This document shows positions 39,931 through 50,108 of a stretch of 64,000 nucleotides of DNA, piece by piece. A program made the position numbers and the translations under genes. Below the pieces are notes generated by a model, which ran no database searches, was not told the origin of the DNA, and saw nothing but the letters and a program-made list of their open reading frames with translations. Source of the DNA: an uncultured virus (IMG/VR IMGVR_UViG_3300047552_001239) (Duplodnaviria; Heunggongvirae; Uroviricota; Caudoviricetes); IMG/VR virus record IMGVR_UViG_3300047552_001239; one strand, written 5' to 3'. How positions within the stretch are numbered: the stretch's first letter is position 1; each line of letters starts with the position of its first letter.

Positions 39931-39942
39931 TTTACATATCAC

Positions 39943-41172
39943 TTAATTAATTTCAGCCTCAGGTTCAGCCTCAGATTCAATTTCATCTAAAGCTACGGGT
40001 GAGCTACGTAACATACCTTTTTTAATTCTTTGTTCTACAGATATATTAACTGCAGCATCAAATATTTTCCTAAAATCAGCATCCGTATTATATTTTTCAA
40101 TTAGATTTCTTTCTGAAAATCTATCACTACGAATCATAATTTCTGCAGTATCTGGATTAACTAAACTAATTTGCTTAGATTTTGCATCTCCAGATGCTAA
40201 TAAAGGATAAATTAATTTAGATTCATTCTTCTTAGTTATTCTTTGCTCCCAAGGAGTCATATTCGATAAAAAATAGTATTCACTTAATATTGGAATAATA
40301 CCATATTTCTTATCAAACAAAACACTAACACTATATCCACTTTGAGTATTCTTATTTTTCTCAATGTGAATATTTAATATCCAACCATCTACTCCTAGAG
40401 GTTCATTAGGTGAGAGTCTTGATCCTTTTGATAAAAATAACCATTGGGAATATGCATGATGTAAACTAGTAATATTGGAAGCAGCTTTATAATCTGCAAA
40501 TTCTCCAACACTTTTTTCGCTTTTAGCATATGGCCCATCAATTTTCATATTTGCACGAATTTGATCTATGATAATCATAGTAACTCTATTCATTGCAAAT
40601 AATGGTTTATATTTACTAATTAGAAACGTCAATTCACGCGCTTTAAAACCAATAACCTTATTAACATCTTCTGCTTCACTATCTTTACTACTTGAAGTTG
40701 AAGCTATTGAATCCCATACAAATAATAATCTAAATTCTCTTTTAGTCGCTTCTTCTAAACGTTTCTTAACACTAACTAAATCTTCAAGAATATTAAAAAC
40801 TTGTTCTAAATTTGCAACAATAGGTTTATACATAAACCTAGATGTTTCAATTCCAAAATCTACAATTCTCGAACTTCCACCTTTATCTTGAACAGATGCA
40901 GCCGCATTTTCTATATCTAAATAAACAGCTACTGCATCTTCATTTTCTCTTAAAAACTGACTGCAAAATTGAAAAGCAAAAGTCGACTTACCTGATTCCG
41001 GAGTACTCGATACACATACAGGTAAACTTGAACTCAATCCACCGCCTAATAAACAATCTAAAGTTCTAACTCCGAAAGGGGTGGAATATGGAATTGGAGG
41101 AATAATCTGACCGAATTTTTGAACTAAAACGGCATCAAATGCTGCGGTTAATCTTTTTGCTTCTTCTGACAT
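39943..41172 (-). CDS. RecA/UvsX-like recombinase
   Basis: LDCLLGGGL, STPESGKST, VYLDIE, FVWDSI, IIIDQIR and IEKNK motifs. Confidence 0.85.
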   Translation of the reverse strand: MSEEAKRLTAAFDAVLVQKFGQIIPPIPYSTPFGVRTLDCLLGGGLSSSLPVCVSSTPESGKSTFAFQFCSQFLRENEDAVAVYLDIENAAASVQDKGGSSRIVDFGIETSRFMYKPIVANLEQVFNILEDLVSVKKRLEEATKREFRLLFVWDSIASTSSSKDSEAEDVNKVIGFKARELTFLISKYKPLFAMNRVTMIIIDQIRANMKIDGPYAKSEKSVGEFADYKAASNITSLHHAYSQWLFLSKGSRLSPNEPLGVDGWILNIHIEKNKNTQSGYSVSVLFDKKYGIIPILSEYYFLSNMTPWEQRITKKNESKLIYPLLASGDAKSKQISLVNPDTAEIMIRSDRFSERNLIEKYNTDADFRKIFDAAVNISVEQRIKKGMLRSSPVALDEIESEAEPEAEIN

Positions 41173-41199
41173 GTTAATTTCTCAATAATAAATAATTTT

Positions 41200-41394
41200 T
41201 TACCAACCAATCTCTTTACTAACTTTAGCATGATGCTCGTCATTTATTTTTAATTTTTTCATACGTATACAAAAATAATCTCCAGATTCACCTTTAAACA
41301 TAGGATCACCTAATGGAGAAAATCTCCATTTTCGAAGTAATTCTGTATAATCCATTTTATCAATTTCTTGTTTTAGAGTTTCAGTAAGGTTCAT
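41200..41394 (-). CDS. Small hypothetical phage protein
   Basis: 64 aa (IDKMDYTELLRKWRFSPLGDPMFKGESGDYF...SKEIGW), preceded by ATATAGATAT at 41441-41450. Confidence 0.6.
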   Translation of the reverse strand: MNLTETLKQEIDKMDYTELLRKWRFSPLGDPMFKGESGDYFCIRMKKLKINDEHHAKVSKEIGW

Positions 41395-41469
41395 AAAATA
41401 GAATTAAATGATAAGTTTACAGTTTCTATATCAATTATATATATCTATATCAAATGTGAGCAAACGAAA

Positions 41470-41979
41470 TTATACTTCATATATTGGATCAGAATTTATT
41501 GCAGCCAATTCTTCTTCTATTGAATTTTTTACTTCTGGACTACTAAATTGTAATCCTTTCATAGTTTCTAATAATTCAAGATGGGATGGCATTACAGTCT
41601 TAAGATTCTTCATTTCAACTTCAATCAATTTAATTACTTTATAATTTAAATCATTTTGTTCTTTTCGATATTTATATTTTGTTTCTGCAAATCTATTATA
41701 ATTATCATAATACATTGATAATAGTTCTTGAGATTTACTCAAAACCTGATATAATTTTGGTTTATCACCTGGCGGTGTACTTTTATTTTTTATCAATGAT
41801 TCTATTTGACCAATTTGTGCTTCAATAACCATAAGATGCTTTTGAATTGATGATAGCATCAATTCAATATTATTAATATCTTTACGAAGATTATCTGCAT
41901 TATCGTCAAATTTACTTTCAACATTATCAACTACCTGTACTGTTTCTTCTACATCATCATCATCTAATAAACTTGTCAT
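41470..41979 (-). CDS. Coiled-coil hypothetical protein
   Basis: 169-aa helical ORF with an acidic N-terminus. Confidence 0.55.
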   Translation of the reverse strand: MTSLLDDDDVEETVQVVDNVESKFDDNADNLRKDINNIELMLSSIQKHLMVIEAQIGQIESLIKNKSTPPGDKPKLYQVLSKSQELLSMYYDNYNRFAETKYKYRKEQNDLNYKVIKLIEVEMKNLKTVMPSHLELLETMKGLQFSSPEVKNSIEEELAAINSDPIYEV

Positions 41980-43154
41980 AATTGTCGAACATCAAAATCA
42001 ATTTCAGATAAAACAATATTAAAAAAGGTATTTAATTGTATTAAAAAATTTACATTTTCAATATCCATTATTTCTAAGGTTAATATATCCATATATGATC
42101 CAAAACATAAAGAACTAGATATTTTTTTTGAAATATTATCTATCAGTGGGAGTAATGTTGAATTAGAAATTGATCCATTAAAATTAATATATAAAGTATC
42201 ATGAATACTTTTTTGAACTTGATTTAAAAAAGTATCACTTACTTTTTTATGATTATCTATATGTAAACATCTTAGTATTTTATATATAATTGGACATTTA
42301 CTTTTAATAATATTTAAATTAATACACTTTTCAGAATTAGCTAATAAAAGTAAAAGTTTTGGATCCTCTAATGAATCTTTATTTAATATCATAGAATATA
42401 TTTTTTGCAATTCATTAGTCAGGATATTATATTTTATACTATAATATTTATTATTTATATTTTTTAACGTTGTAGATTCATGGCATAACTGTAATATTTC
42501 GGATATTTTTATACCATTATTATATAATTTAGATCTTACAGATTGATTTATAAAATGTTCTTCTTTTGTTATAACTGGCGATAGGTCAGATTCAATAAAA
42601 CCGTCAGTTTTACTTTTCAAATAACTATAAAACAAATATCTTAATAATGAATCATAATACTCTCTTAAATTATTAATATCGAGAGGATTATGCTCTCTAA
42701 AAATTTTTAACAAAAATATATTTAAAATATCATTCTGTATAATATTTGGTTCGGAATTATAAAATACTAAATAAAAATCAATTACATTTTCACATGCATT
42801 TTTAATTTGTTTATAAATAGTTTTAATATCTCTAGATAAAATCTTTTTACATCCATCAAATTTATTAATTAATATATTAATTATATTAGGAAGATAAAAA
42901 ATATTATTTATTTTACTCTGATCATAATTATAATGCAAATCAAGATGTTGAGTTAATAAATTTGAAAACAAATACAATAAATAAAACTTTTGTATATCCA
43001 ATGAACAAGTAGATATTTCGAAGGATTTAAATCTATTTAATTTTTCAAATATAATATCTACTTTTTCAAAATCTACCAATATAGTTTCTTCAAAATTAGT
43101 ATCGATAATACCGTCAAAAACTATCTGTAAAGCACTTTGATCATTATCAAACAT
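41976..43154 (-). CDS. Hypothetical protein
   Basis: 392-aa ORF overlapping both neighbours. Confidence 0.55.
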   Translation of the reverse strand: MFDNDQSALQIVFDGIIDTNFEETILVDFEKVDIIFEKLNRFKSFEISTCSLDIQKFYLLYLFSNLLTQHLDLHYNYDQSKINNIFYLPNIINILINKFDGCKKILSRDIKTIYKQIKNACENVIDFYLVFYNSEPNIIQNDILNIFLLKIFREHNPLDINNLREYYDSLLRYLFYSYLKSKTDGFIESDLSPVITKEEHFINQSVRSKLYNNGIKISEILQLCHESTTLKNINNKYYSIKYNILTNELQKIYSMILNKDSLEDPKLLLLLANSEKCINLNIIKSKCPIIYKILRCLHIDNHKKVSDTFLNQVQKSIHDTLYINFNGSISNSTLLPLIDNISKKISSSLCFGSYMDILTLEIMDIENVNFLIQLNTFFNIVLSEIDFDVRQL

Positions 43155-43746
43155 GCATATATTGTTTTAAATAATCTGGAAAAAAATTTTTGCCTAAATT
43201 CATAAAGAAAATATTCTCATATAAATTAGGGACGAATTTACCTTCTAATGATACTGGATTTATAACATAATTACAAATGCATTTATATAATTTTCTAGTA
43301 TATACATCTTGATTACTATCCCCTATTAATAAAATATTTATAAGTGGTTCAATATTAACGGTGCTATCTAATAATTTTTGAGTTTCTTGATTTAATATAG
43401 GAGAATTATTTTCAACGGCATCTTGTTTTGTTTCTTCCAATGTTTTTACATATTTCATATTTAACGGCATTGTATTATGAGCTATATAATTTTCATTATA
43501 AAATTCAATAATATAATGCCATGGTAATATATTATTTTCTCTTGCCGCTGGTGAATATAATCTAAAAAATTGATCTATTATTAATCCTACATTACATTTA
43601 TTGGTATCTATCTGAATTAATTTAATAGGGAAAGAAATATTATTATATGAATCTTGAATTAATACTCCTAATGGCTTAGGTGGTATTATATAGTTACTTC
43701 TAATTTGTTTTAATTTAGTTATATCTAATTGCATTATATCGGACAA
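43147..43746 (-). CDS. Hypothetical protein, possibly degenerate amidase-like
   Basis: LPWHYIIE resembles the Amidase_2 HY motif, but the other Zn ligands are not evident. Confidence 0.4.
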   Translation of the reverse strand: MSDIMQLDITKLKQIRSNYIIPPKPLGVLIQDSYNNISFPIKLIQIDTNKCNVGLIIDQFFRLYSPAARENNILPWHYIIEFYNENYIAHNTMPLNMKYVKTLEETKQDAVENNSPILNQETQKLLDSTVNIEPLINILLIGDSNQDVYTRKLYKCICNYVINPVSLEGKFVPNLYENIFFMNLGKNFFPDYLKQYMHV

Positions 43747-44903
43747 ATAAAATTAGTTGGTCTATTTACTCTAGTTGGAGTTCCATAACACCCATCATCC
43801 ATATCTACATATGTAGCTCCTTTACACCAAAAATATATTAATACATCTCCAGCTCCAGTAGCATGATGTGTTTTTAAAGAACCAACATCAGAATCCCAAC
43901 ATGCACCTCGTCCACCACCAGTAGGAGCAGTAATTTTAGCTAAATATTCCTGCATTCTCTGTTCAAAAGTTTTATCTTCTTTTAATGTTTTATCAAACGG
44001 ACCATTGGTACATAATAAACCTAATCCTTTATTTTCTTCTACAGTTCCAGCAACTAATACATTACCAGTTACAAAAACTTGTCCATCTAAACATATAACC
44101 GGAGCTTTTAATCTAATAACAGCTTCAGATTTAAGTGTAATATAAGGTAGCTCAGTATATAAATCTACTCCAAGATAATGGAATTCTAAATGATTTTTAA
44201 AATCTCTATCATCAATAGCTAATCCATTATCCCCTAATATTGATTTTTTTTCACCTTGTAATACTTTTTGAAATTGAGTAGCTTTAATATTTTCATATAC
44301 TGTAAACATACTCATATTTTTATTTTTAAAGAGCATATTATAATTATCACGATCATTCGGATCTAATCTTTGTCCAGCTATATTTGTTGGAGGAGTAGTT
44401 ATAGAAGGTCGATTTTTATTTTGTGGACTACTGGTCGGAGAAGATGAATTTTGTGACGAATCTTTTTTTATCGAATCATCTTTTGAAGAAAATAAACTCG
44501 ATTGTGGTATATTAGTGCCATTTAAATTTTCCTTTATATTAGCGGTGTTTATATCTTCATTTATATTAGAATTACTTTTAACATCATTAACATTAGGAGT
44601 AGAATTAGATATACTAGTAACTGTTCCTGGAACAATACTTACTATATATCCTGTATTATAATCTTTATCATAAAATTCAACAGCTACTGCGGTCCCTGCT
44701 TGTAGTGGCATATATTGACCATACGAAGAATTATCTTCTAACCAATAATATCTTGTAGTTTGATTCCAACATATCAGCATCCCATCGTATTGTAATAAAT
44801 TTGGAATATAAACATAATAGCGATCACCAACACGATCTATTTTTGATGCTATTAACCCAATATATTTTTCAACATGATCATTAGATCCTAAACCATAATT
44901 CAT
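43734..44903 (-). CDS. Putative baseplate central spike (gp5/VgrG-like OB fold)
   Basis: RYYVYIP...GQYMPLQAGTAVAVEF...GYIV OB-fold pattern, plus the beta-repeat IRLKAPVICLDGQVFVTGNVLVAG. Confidence 0.6.
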   Translation of the reverse strand: MNYGLGSNDHVEKYIGLIASKIDRVGDRYYVYIPNLLQYDGMLICWNQTTRYYWLEDNSSYGQYMPLQAGTAVAVEFYDKDYNTGYIVSIVPGTVTSISNSTPNVNDVKSNSNINEDINTANIKENLNGTNIPQSSLFSSKDDSIKKDSSQNSSSPTSSPQNKNRPSITTPPTNIAGQRLDPNDRDNYNMLFKNKNMSMFTVYENIKATQFQKVLQGEKKSILGDNGLAIDDRDFKNHLEFHYLGVDLYTELPYITLKSEAVIRLKAPVICLDGQVFVTGNVLVAGTVEENKGLGLLCTNGPFDKTLKEDKTFEQRMQEYLAKITAPTGGGRGACWDSDVGSLKTHHATGAGDVLIYFWCKGATYVDMDDGCYGTPTRVNRPTNFICPI

Positions 44904-45847
44904 ATTAGTTTTTGAAATGCTACTTTAGAATAGAAATTAGAAATTATAGATTCAATCTTAGATTGAGATACTCTATTTATGAATAAAGATGAATAATAAT
45001 CGCATGGATATTGAGATAAAATAGAACATGCAATTAAATTACCAATATCAGATGTAATTAATAATACACCAATTGTCTTAAGTGATAATAATAAATTATA
45101 TAATAATTGGTTTGGTGGTTCAAATGTTATTTTAAATTCCGATAATAATTTAATAATATCTTTAATTTCAGAATATTTAGGAATATTAGAATTTTTTATT
45201 GGAGTTTTAAATTCATCATAAAAATCTTTAGATATTAAAGATTCACATTTTTCAATAGCTAATGTATCATTATATTTATAGTAACATTTATAATACATAA
45301 CTCCAATGATAAATTTTAATAGCTCTACTTGCTTATCATTTAACATTGGAAGTTTAAGATTTTTCATAAATAAATATGAAAGGTATTCTATTAAATAATT
45401 ATTTAACTCTGTATTTCTTTCTATTTCTTTAAAGAATATTTCTGTTATTGCTCGTATAAATTGAAAATAAATAATATAATTAATATTTTCAGGATCAAAT
45501 ATTTCTCCTGTTTTAAAATCCATATCTAAATTATTTACATTCAATACTATTGCTGATATTTTTTCTCCTTCTGTAGCATATGTTCCTAATATAGCAGTAT
45601 TCGCTTTTGAAAGCATTCCAAGATATATTATATCTTTATTCAATAACATCGAACATATTGAAGAAGATTGATTTTTAATTTTTGATAAATATATAGATAA
45701 TTTATCATTAAAATTTTTATATATTTCTTCTGATTCTTTATTCTTAATTAAAACTAAAGTATCTTTTTCAATCATACCAACTGGAGATGAATCCATTTGG
45801 GTTTTTTTTCTTGATATATTGGATAATTGAACTAATTTGGTACTCAT
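44900..45847 (-). CDS. Hypothetical protein
   Basis: 315-aa coupled ORF. Confidence 0.55.
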   Translation of the reverse strand: MSTKLVQLSNISRKKTQMDSSPVGMIEKDTLVLIKNKESEEIYKNFNDKLSIYLSKIKNQSSSICSMLLNKDIIYLGMLSKANTAILGTYATEGEKISAIVLNVNNLDMDFKTGEIFDPENINYIIYFQFIRAITEIFFKEIERNTELNNYLIEYLSYLFMKNLKLPMLNDKQVELLKFIIGVMYYKCYYKYNDTLAIEKCESLISKDFYDEFKTPIKNSNIPKYSEIKDIIKLLSEFKITFEPPNQLLYNLLLSLKTIGVLLITSDIGNLIACSILSQYPCDYYSSLFINRVSQSKIESIISNFYSKVAFQKLI

Positions 45848-46188
45848 ACTCTGGGCATTATCAAAATATTAATTATTGCGATTCTAGTTGGTGTAATTAT
45901 TTTCGAATTCATTTTTTCTCGTGTAAATTCAAAAATAGATCGTATATCATTTACTAATAAAATTATAGGAAATATTAAAGGATTATCATATTCTTCTAAA
46001 CAAAATTTTTGAGGATTTTTATCCCAAACATGTTTATTGAAATCTTTTTCTTTAGAATTTTCTACTAAATATTCTTTATTGCGAAAAAATATATTTTTAT
46101 ATAGTGGTTTCGCAAATTCATACATTATTATTTTACTATCTGTAGTGATAGAATCAAATTCTTTAATTAAATTTGCAGTTGTAGTCAT
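45844..46188 (-). CDS. Baseplate wedge protein (gp53/LysM-like)
   Basis: NPQKFCLEEYDNPLIFPIILLVNDI resembles the gp53 pattern PD.ia...Y......w.il..N.I. Confidence 0.55.
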   Translation of the reverse strand: MTTTANLIKEFDSITTDSKIIMYEFAKPLYKNIFFRNKEYLVENSKEKDFNKHVWDKNPQKFCLEEYDNPLIFPIILLVNDIRSIFEFTREKMNSKIITPTRIAIINILIMPRV

Positions 46189-46208
46189 TTTTGGTTTTTC
46201 ATAAAAAT

Positions 46209-46220
46209 ATATAGATATTA
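46209..46220 (+). promoter_or_regulatory. Candidate promoter motif ATATAGATATTA
   Basis: Exact 12-mer on the plus strand about 34 nt upstream of the only plus-strand operon. Confidence 0.5.
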
Positions 46221-46253
46221 ATTAATTGTATTCCATTTGCTCTAACTATAACA

Positions 46254-46622
46254 ATGATTAATATTTTTTTAAAATTTGGTAAAAATATTCCATTTGTTCA
46301 AATTATGGATATAAATGATCTATTTTGCGATTCATATTCGATTTATTTAAAAAGTATAAATATGATCATTTTTAATCATGCTATTAAAGGATTGTCCAAT
46401 ATTACCCAACAAGATTATGAAAAAATAATTAAAAAAAATTGGAAACAAAACGATTTGTTTAATGTAATAATACATAAAAAAGAAACTATAAAAATTAATT
46501 ATTTAGATAATGAAATAAGAAGTTGCAGATTAATTAGTTATAGTCCTGATAAATTATTTACAGATGATGTAAATTTATCAGTTATTCAAAAAGGATCTAT
46601 ATCAGTTATTGAAATAATATGA
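46254..46622 (+). CDS. Hypothetical protein, first gene of MoxR/VWA operon
   Basis: 122 aa with an ATGA overlap with the ATPase gene. Confidence 0.55.
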   Translation: MINIFLKFGKNIPFVQIMDINDLFCDSYSIYLKSINMIIFNHAIKGLSNITQQDYEKIIKKNWKQNDLFNVIIHKKETIKINYLDNEIRSCRLISYSPDKLFTDDVNLSVIQKGSISVIEII

Positions 46623-47794
46623 ATCAATTTAATAACACCGTTGCAATTCACGACGCAATTATGGATGTTCGTGGTTTAGTACATATGCAATTTCAACAAG
46701 GAATTGGTGGAAATGTCGCATACCCAATTTTAATTGGTAACCCGGGGATTGCTAAAACGGCACTTTGTGTACAGTATTTTTCAAATGATACTAATTTAAT
46801 AATTAGTGATTTCCCTCATCTCCCACTAGAAGAAGTAGGAGGTATGCCAATCATTGAAGATTTGGAAATGAATGGTAAACATTATAAAAAAACTAGCTGG
46901 ACAATACCTAGTTTATTATCTGAAATTTACGAATCTATTAAAGTACGACCAACTGTCCTATTCTTTGATGAAGTTGATAAATGCGATCAATCACATCAAG
47001 ATTTATTGGTAAGTATTTTAAATGGTAAATTAAGAGGATATACTTTACCAAAACAAAATTTTGCCATAATAATGGCTGGTAATGGATCAAGTAGAGCAGG
47101 ATCCAAAATTTTATCTTCTATTTTAACTAATAGAAGCGCAATGATTCCAGTACATATGGATTTTAAATATTGGAAACAAAATTTCGCAATTCCTAATGAA
47201 ATTAATAATAAAATAATATCTTTCTTATCTAATGATCGATATTTAAAATTCTTTTCTATGGAAGAAATGGTTAATCGTCCTTGGGCTTCACCAAGGTCAT
47301 GGACTAGATTAGCAACATTCCTTTCATTAAAAGAACAGTTTATGGGTCAATTAAATTTTCAACAAATACTATCGACAGTTGAATCTTTTGTTGGTCAGGA
47401 AGCAGCTTCTGATTTTGCAGCATATTATAAATTATATACTGAAACTGAGATGGATAAAGTTTTCGATAAGAAAAAAGAAATCCATATACCAACAGATTAT
47501 ACAGAACAATATACATATATATTGGCAGCTGTATCTGAATTTTTTAATAAACTATCATCTGAAGATAAGGACAAAGATAATAATGGTATATTTGATATAA
47601 TGGCAAATATCATTGTTGGAATTGCTAATAAATCTTCAGAAATTTCTATAACTGGAATGAGAGAAATTGTTACAATTGACAGTTATAGTAAAAAAAGAAG
47701 GAAACTTCCTATCTATTCTGAATTAAGAAGAAGAATCTCATCTCTTAATAAAGAAGTAGAGCAAAAAATCACGAGAGATATCGAACTTTTATAA
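46619..47794 (+). CDS. MoxR-like AAA+ ATPase
   Basis: GNPGIAKT, GMP, LFFDEVDK, IIMAGN, LTNR and SPRSW motifs. Confidence 0.85.
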   Translation: MNQFNNTVAIHDAIMDVRGLVHMQFQQGIGGNVAYPILIGNPGIAKTALCVQYFSNDTNLIISDFPHLPLEEVGGMPIIEDLEMNGKHYKKTSWTIPSLLSEIYESIKVRPTVLFFDEVDKCDQSHQDLLVSILNGKLRGYTLPKQNFAIIMAGNGSSRAGSKILSSILTNRSAMIPVHMDFKYWKQNFAIPNEINNKIISFLSNDRYLKFFSMEEMVNRPWASPRSWTRLATFLSLKEQFMGQLNFQQILSTVESFVGQEAASDFAAYYKLYTETEMDKVFDKKKEIHIPTDYTEQYTYILAAVSEFFNKLSSEDKDKDNNGIFDIMANIIVGIANKSSEISITGMREIVTIDSYSKKRRKLPIYSELRRRISSLNKEVEQKITRDIELL

Positions 47795-47810
47795 AATAAT
47801 CTTTTTACCA

Positions 47811-47855
47811 TTACTGGAAAGAATCTAATCAATTCTTTCCAGTAATTTTCTTTTT
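47811..47855 (+). terminator. Terminator-like hairpin between ATPase and VWA genes
   Basis: TTACTGGAAAGAAT...ATTCTTTCCAGTAA followed by TTTTCTTTTT. Confidence 0.6.
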
Positions 47856-47864
47856 AAGAAAATT

Positions 47865-49178
47865 ATGGAAACTCAAGAGAAATTTGATAGGGCGAATCAT
47901 TTATTAAAAGTGTGTCGTTTAAAGCTAATGAATATTGCGGAATTACGACTTTATGGTTGTGTTATTTATAAATTTCATATTGAAATTATTGAAAGTGATG
48001 AAATGCCGACTGCAGTATTTTCATTTATAAATAATGTCCCGACCATTTTATTAAATGTAGATTTTGTCTGTCAATTAAATTCAGTATTAAAATTACAATT
48101 TGTATTAATTCATGAGTTAATGCATTTTTTAAATCAATTCTTTTCTCGAGTTAAAGATAAAGATCCTAAAATTTATAATTTAGCACAAGATCATGTAATA
48201 AATAATATTTTAATACAAGATTCAATGTCTGTATTACGAAATTATATACAACCACCAGATCCAGATTCTAAACCATTTATAATTAATGAAATAAAAGATG
48301 ATGATCTAACATCAGAGGAAGTATATGGATGGTTAATGCAAGAAAAAGTTACTCAATATATTATCGATACGGATTCAAATTCAATTACAATAAAATTTCC
48401 TGGTAAACCAGAAGAGACATATGATCTTGATTATAAAGCTCCTGATAAAGATATAAATTCTGGAGATAATACAGAACAAGATAAGAATATAGAAAATATA
48501 GTTAATGAAATTAAAGCCGAGATTAGAGCAGCAATTGATAATAATCTATGTAATCAGCGAGGAGCAACCTCATCTAAACTATTTGAATTTATAGATAAAA
48601 TCACAACTGTCGAAATACCATGGGATAGAATTGTTGAAAATTGTATTAATTCGACAATGACTGTATCTCCAGATAATCGATCTTGGAAATATATAAATAA
48701 AAGGATGGCGTATCATGGTTTTTTAATGCCATCAAAAGGTATGATAGAAAAAAAGGATAATTTATATATTGTCGTAGATACATCTGCAAGTATTTCTAGT
48801 AAAGATTTATCTAAATTTTGTGATATTATAGAAAAAAGTTTAGGTCATTTTGAAAACATAAAAATAATACAACATGATACAAAAGTAACTCATGTAGATG
48901 AACTAAATCAGTCTGATTTCATTGCTAGAAAAAATGATATATTTAAAATGTATGGAAGAGGTGGAACATCTCATGATGATGCATTTAAATTAATCGAAGA
49001 AGATTATGTAGAATCTTCTCCAATCGGAATGATCCTATCTTTAACTGATTACGAAAGTGATATCGAAAGTATTTGGAATAAATTTAAATGGAAAGATGAA
49101 ATACCCTTTAAATTAATTTTAAATAAAAATCACAAAGTAAATCCAATAGTTGATAGATCACCCATTATAATTAAATAG
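47865..49178 (+). CDS. DUF2201-type protein: HExxH metallopeptidase-like domain plus VWA domain
   Basis: PTA...HELMH...YNLAQDHVIN, MIDAS VDTSASIS, GRGGT and LTD. Confidence 0.85.
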   Translation: METQEKFDRANHLLKVCRLKLMNIAELRLYGCVIYKFHIEIIESDEMPTAVFSFINNVPTILLNVDFVCQLNSVLKLQFVLIHELMHFLNQFFSRVKDKDPKIYNLAQDHVINNILIQDSMSVLRNYIQPPDPDSKPFIINEIKDDDLTSEEVYGWLMQEKVTQYIIDTDSNSITIKFPGKPEETYDLDYKAPDKDINSGDNTEQDKNIENIVNEIKAEIRAAIDNNLCNQRGATSSKLFEFIDKITTVEIPWDRIVENCINSTMTVSPDNRSWKYINKRMAYHGFLMPSKGMIEKKDNLYIVVDTSASISSKDLSKFCDIIEKSLGHFENIKIIQHDTKVTHVDELNQSDFIARKNDIFKMYGRGGTSHDDAFKLIEEDYVESSPIGMILSLTDYESDIESIWNKFKWKDEIPFKLILNKNHKVNPIVDRSPIIIK

Positions 49179-49184
49179 TGTTTA

Positions 49185-49222
49185 AAAAATGGGCGAAATA
49201 TATAATTATTTCGCCCATTTTT
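49185..49222. terminator. Bidirectional terminator between convergent genes
   Basis: AAAAATGGGCGAAATA...TATTTCGCCCATTTTT perfect inverted repeat. Confidence 0.8.
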
Positions 49223-49224
49223 AT

Positions 49225-49800
49225 TTAGTCTTTTTTTGATGTAGCTGCAGCAGTCCCAGCCAAACCAAGTCCAGCTATACTACCAGCAACTCCAATTCTC
49301 TTTTTCCCAGTTTTAATAAGATCTTTGGTATCTAAAAAATCTCCCTTTTTATTAGTAAGAAATCCCGATTGAGTTCTTTTAGTACCTAGTTTTCCTATCT
49401 TTAATGGTATTTCTTTAGCTAAATATCCACCAGCTCGATTAATTCCTTTTAATGCAGAAGAACCTAAATCTTTAGCTTTTACACCAAGATTAGAAAGATA
49501 GTCTTTTACTTTTCCTTCAATTAAAGCAATCTTTTCTTCTTCTGATTTATCAGATTGAATAATAATTGCAGACTCATTAATGAAATTAATATTTTCACTA
49601 GCTACTATATTACGAATATTTTCATATGTAGCTGCTAAATCATTTTCAATAATAAAATCATTTAAATTTTCTAATATATAATTTTCTAATGCCAAATTAT
49701 ATAATATTAAATGATCAGTAGCATTATGAATAAGATTTTCATTATTCACTGCTAAGGCTTGAACATTCTCATTCTCAAAAATAGCTTTTACATATTTCAT
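49225..49800 (-). CDS. Putative head internal protein: duplicated acidic N-domain plus basic/hydrophobic extension
   Basis: The first about 90 aa are paralogous to 49803-50108. After ALIE comes a Lys-rich region ending IGVAGSIAGLGLAGTAAA. Confidence 0.6.
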   Translation of the reverse strand: MKYVKAIFENENVQALAVNNENLIHNATDHLILYNLALENYILENLNDFIIENDLAATYENIRNIVASENINFINESAIIIQSDKSEEEKIALIEGKVKDYLSNLGVKAKDLGSSALKGINRAGGYLAKEIPLKIGKLGTKRTQSGFLTNKKGDFLDTKDLIKTGKKRIGVAGSIAGLGLAGTAAATSKKD

Positions 49801-49802
49801 AA

Positions 49803-50108
49803 TTAGGCAGCTTTTAGAAGCGAACTAATTTCATTAGTCTTTTCTTCATCCGAAGCATTTGAACGAATTATATCACCAACAGAAGAAATGAAAGTAATAT
49901 TTTCATTTAATACTGTATTGCGAATATTTTCATAAGTAGATGCTAAATTATTATCTACTATAAAATCTTTAAGATTTTCAAGTATATAATTTTCCAGAGC
50001 TACATTATATGCTAAAAGATTATCAGTAGCAAACTGAATAAGATTTTCATTATTCACAGCTAAAGCCTGAACATTCTCATTCTCAAAAATAGCTTTTACG
50101 TATTTCAT
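49803..50108 (-). CDS. Small acidic protein, paralog of downstream gene
   Basis: MKYVKAIFENENVQALAVNNENLI is identical in both genes. Confidence 0.65.
   Translation of the reverse strand: MKYVKAIFENENVQALAVNNENLIQFATDNLLAYNVALENYILENLKDFIVDNNLASTYENIRNTVLNENITFISSVGDIIRSNASDEEKTNEISSLLKAA

Noticed and set aside
41470..41979. Possible small terminase subunit
   Set aside because: Only size and coiled-coil character support it; there is no recognisable motif and it is far from the large subunit.
196..45000. Short plus-strand ORFs (e.g. 2758-3135, 3916-4176, 15342-15611, 40568-40891)
   Set aside because: They are antisense shadows of strong minus-strand genes or introns, with no motifs or RBS.
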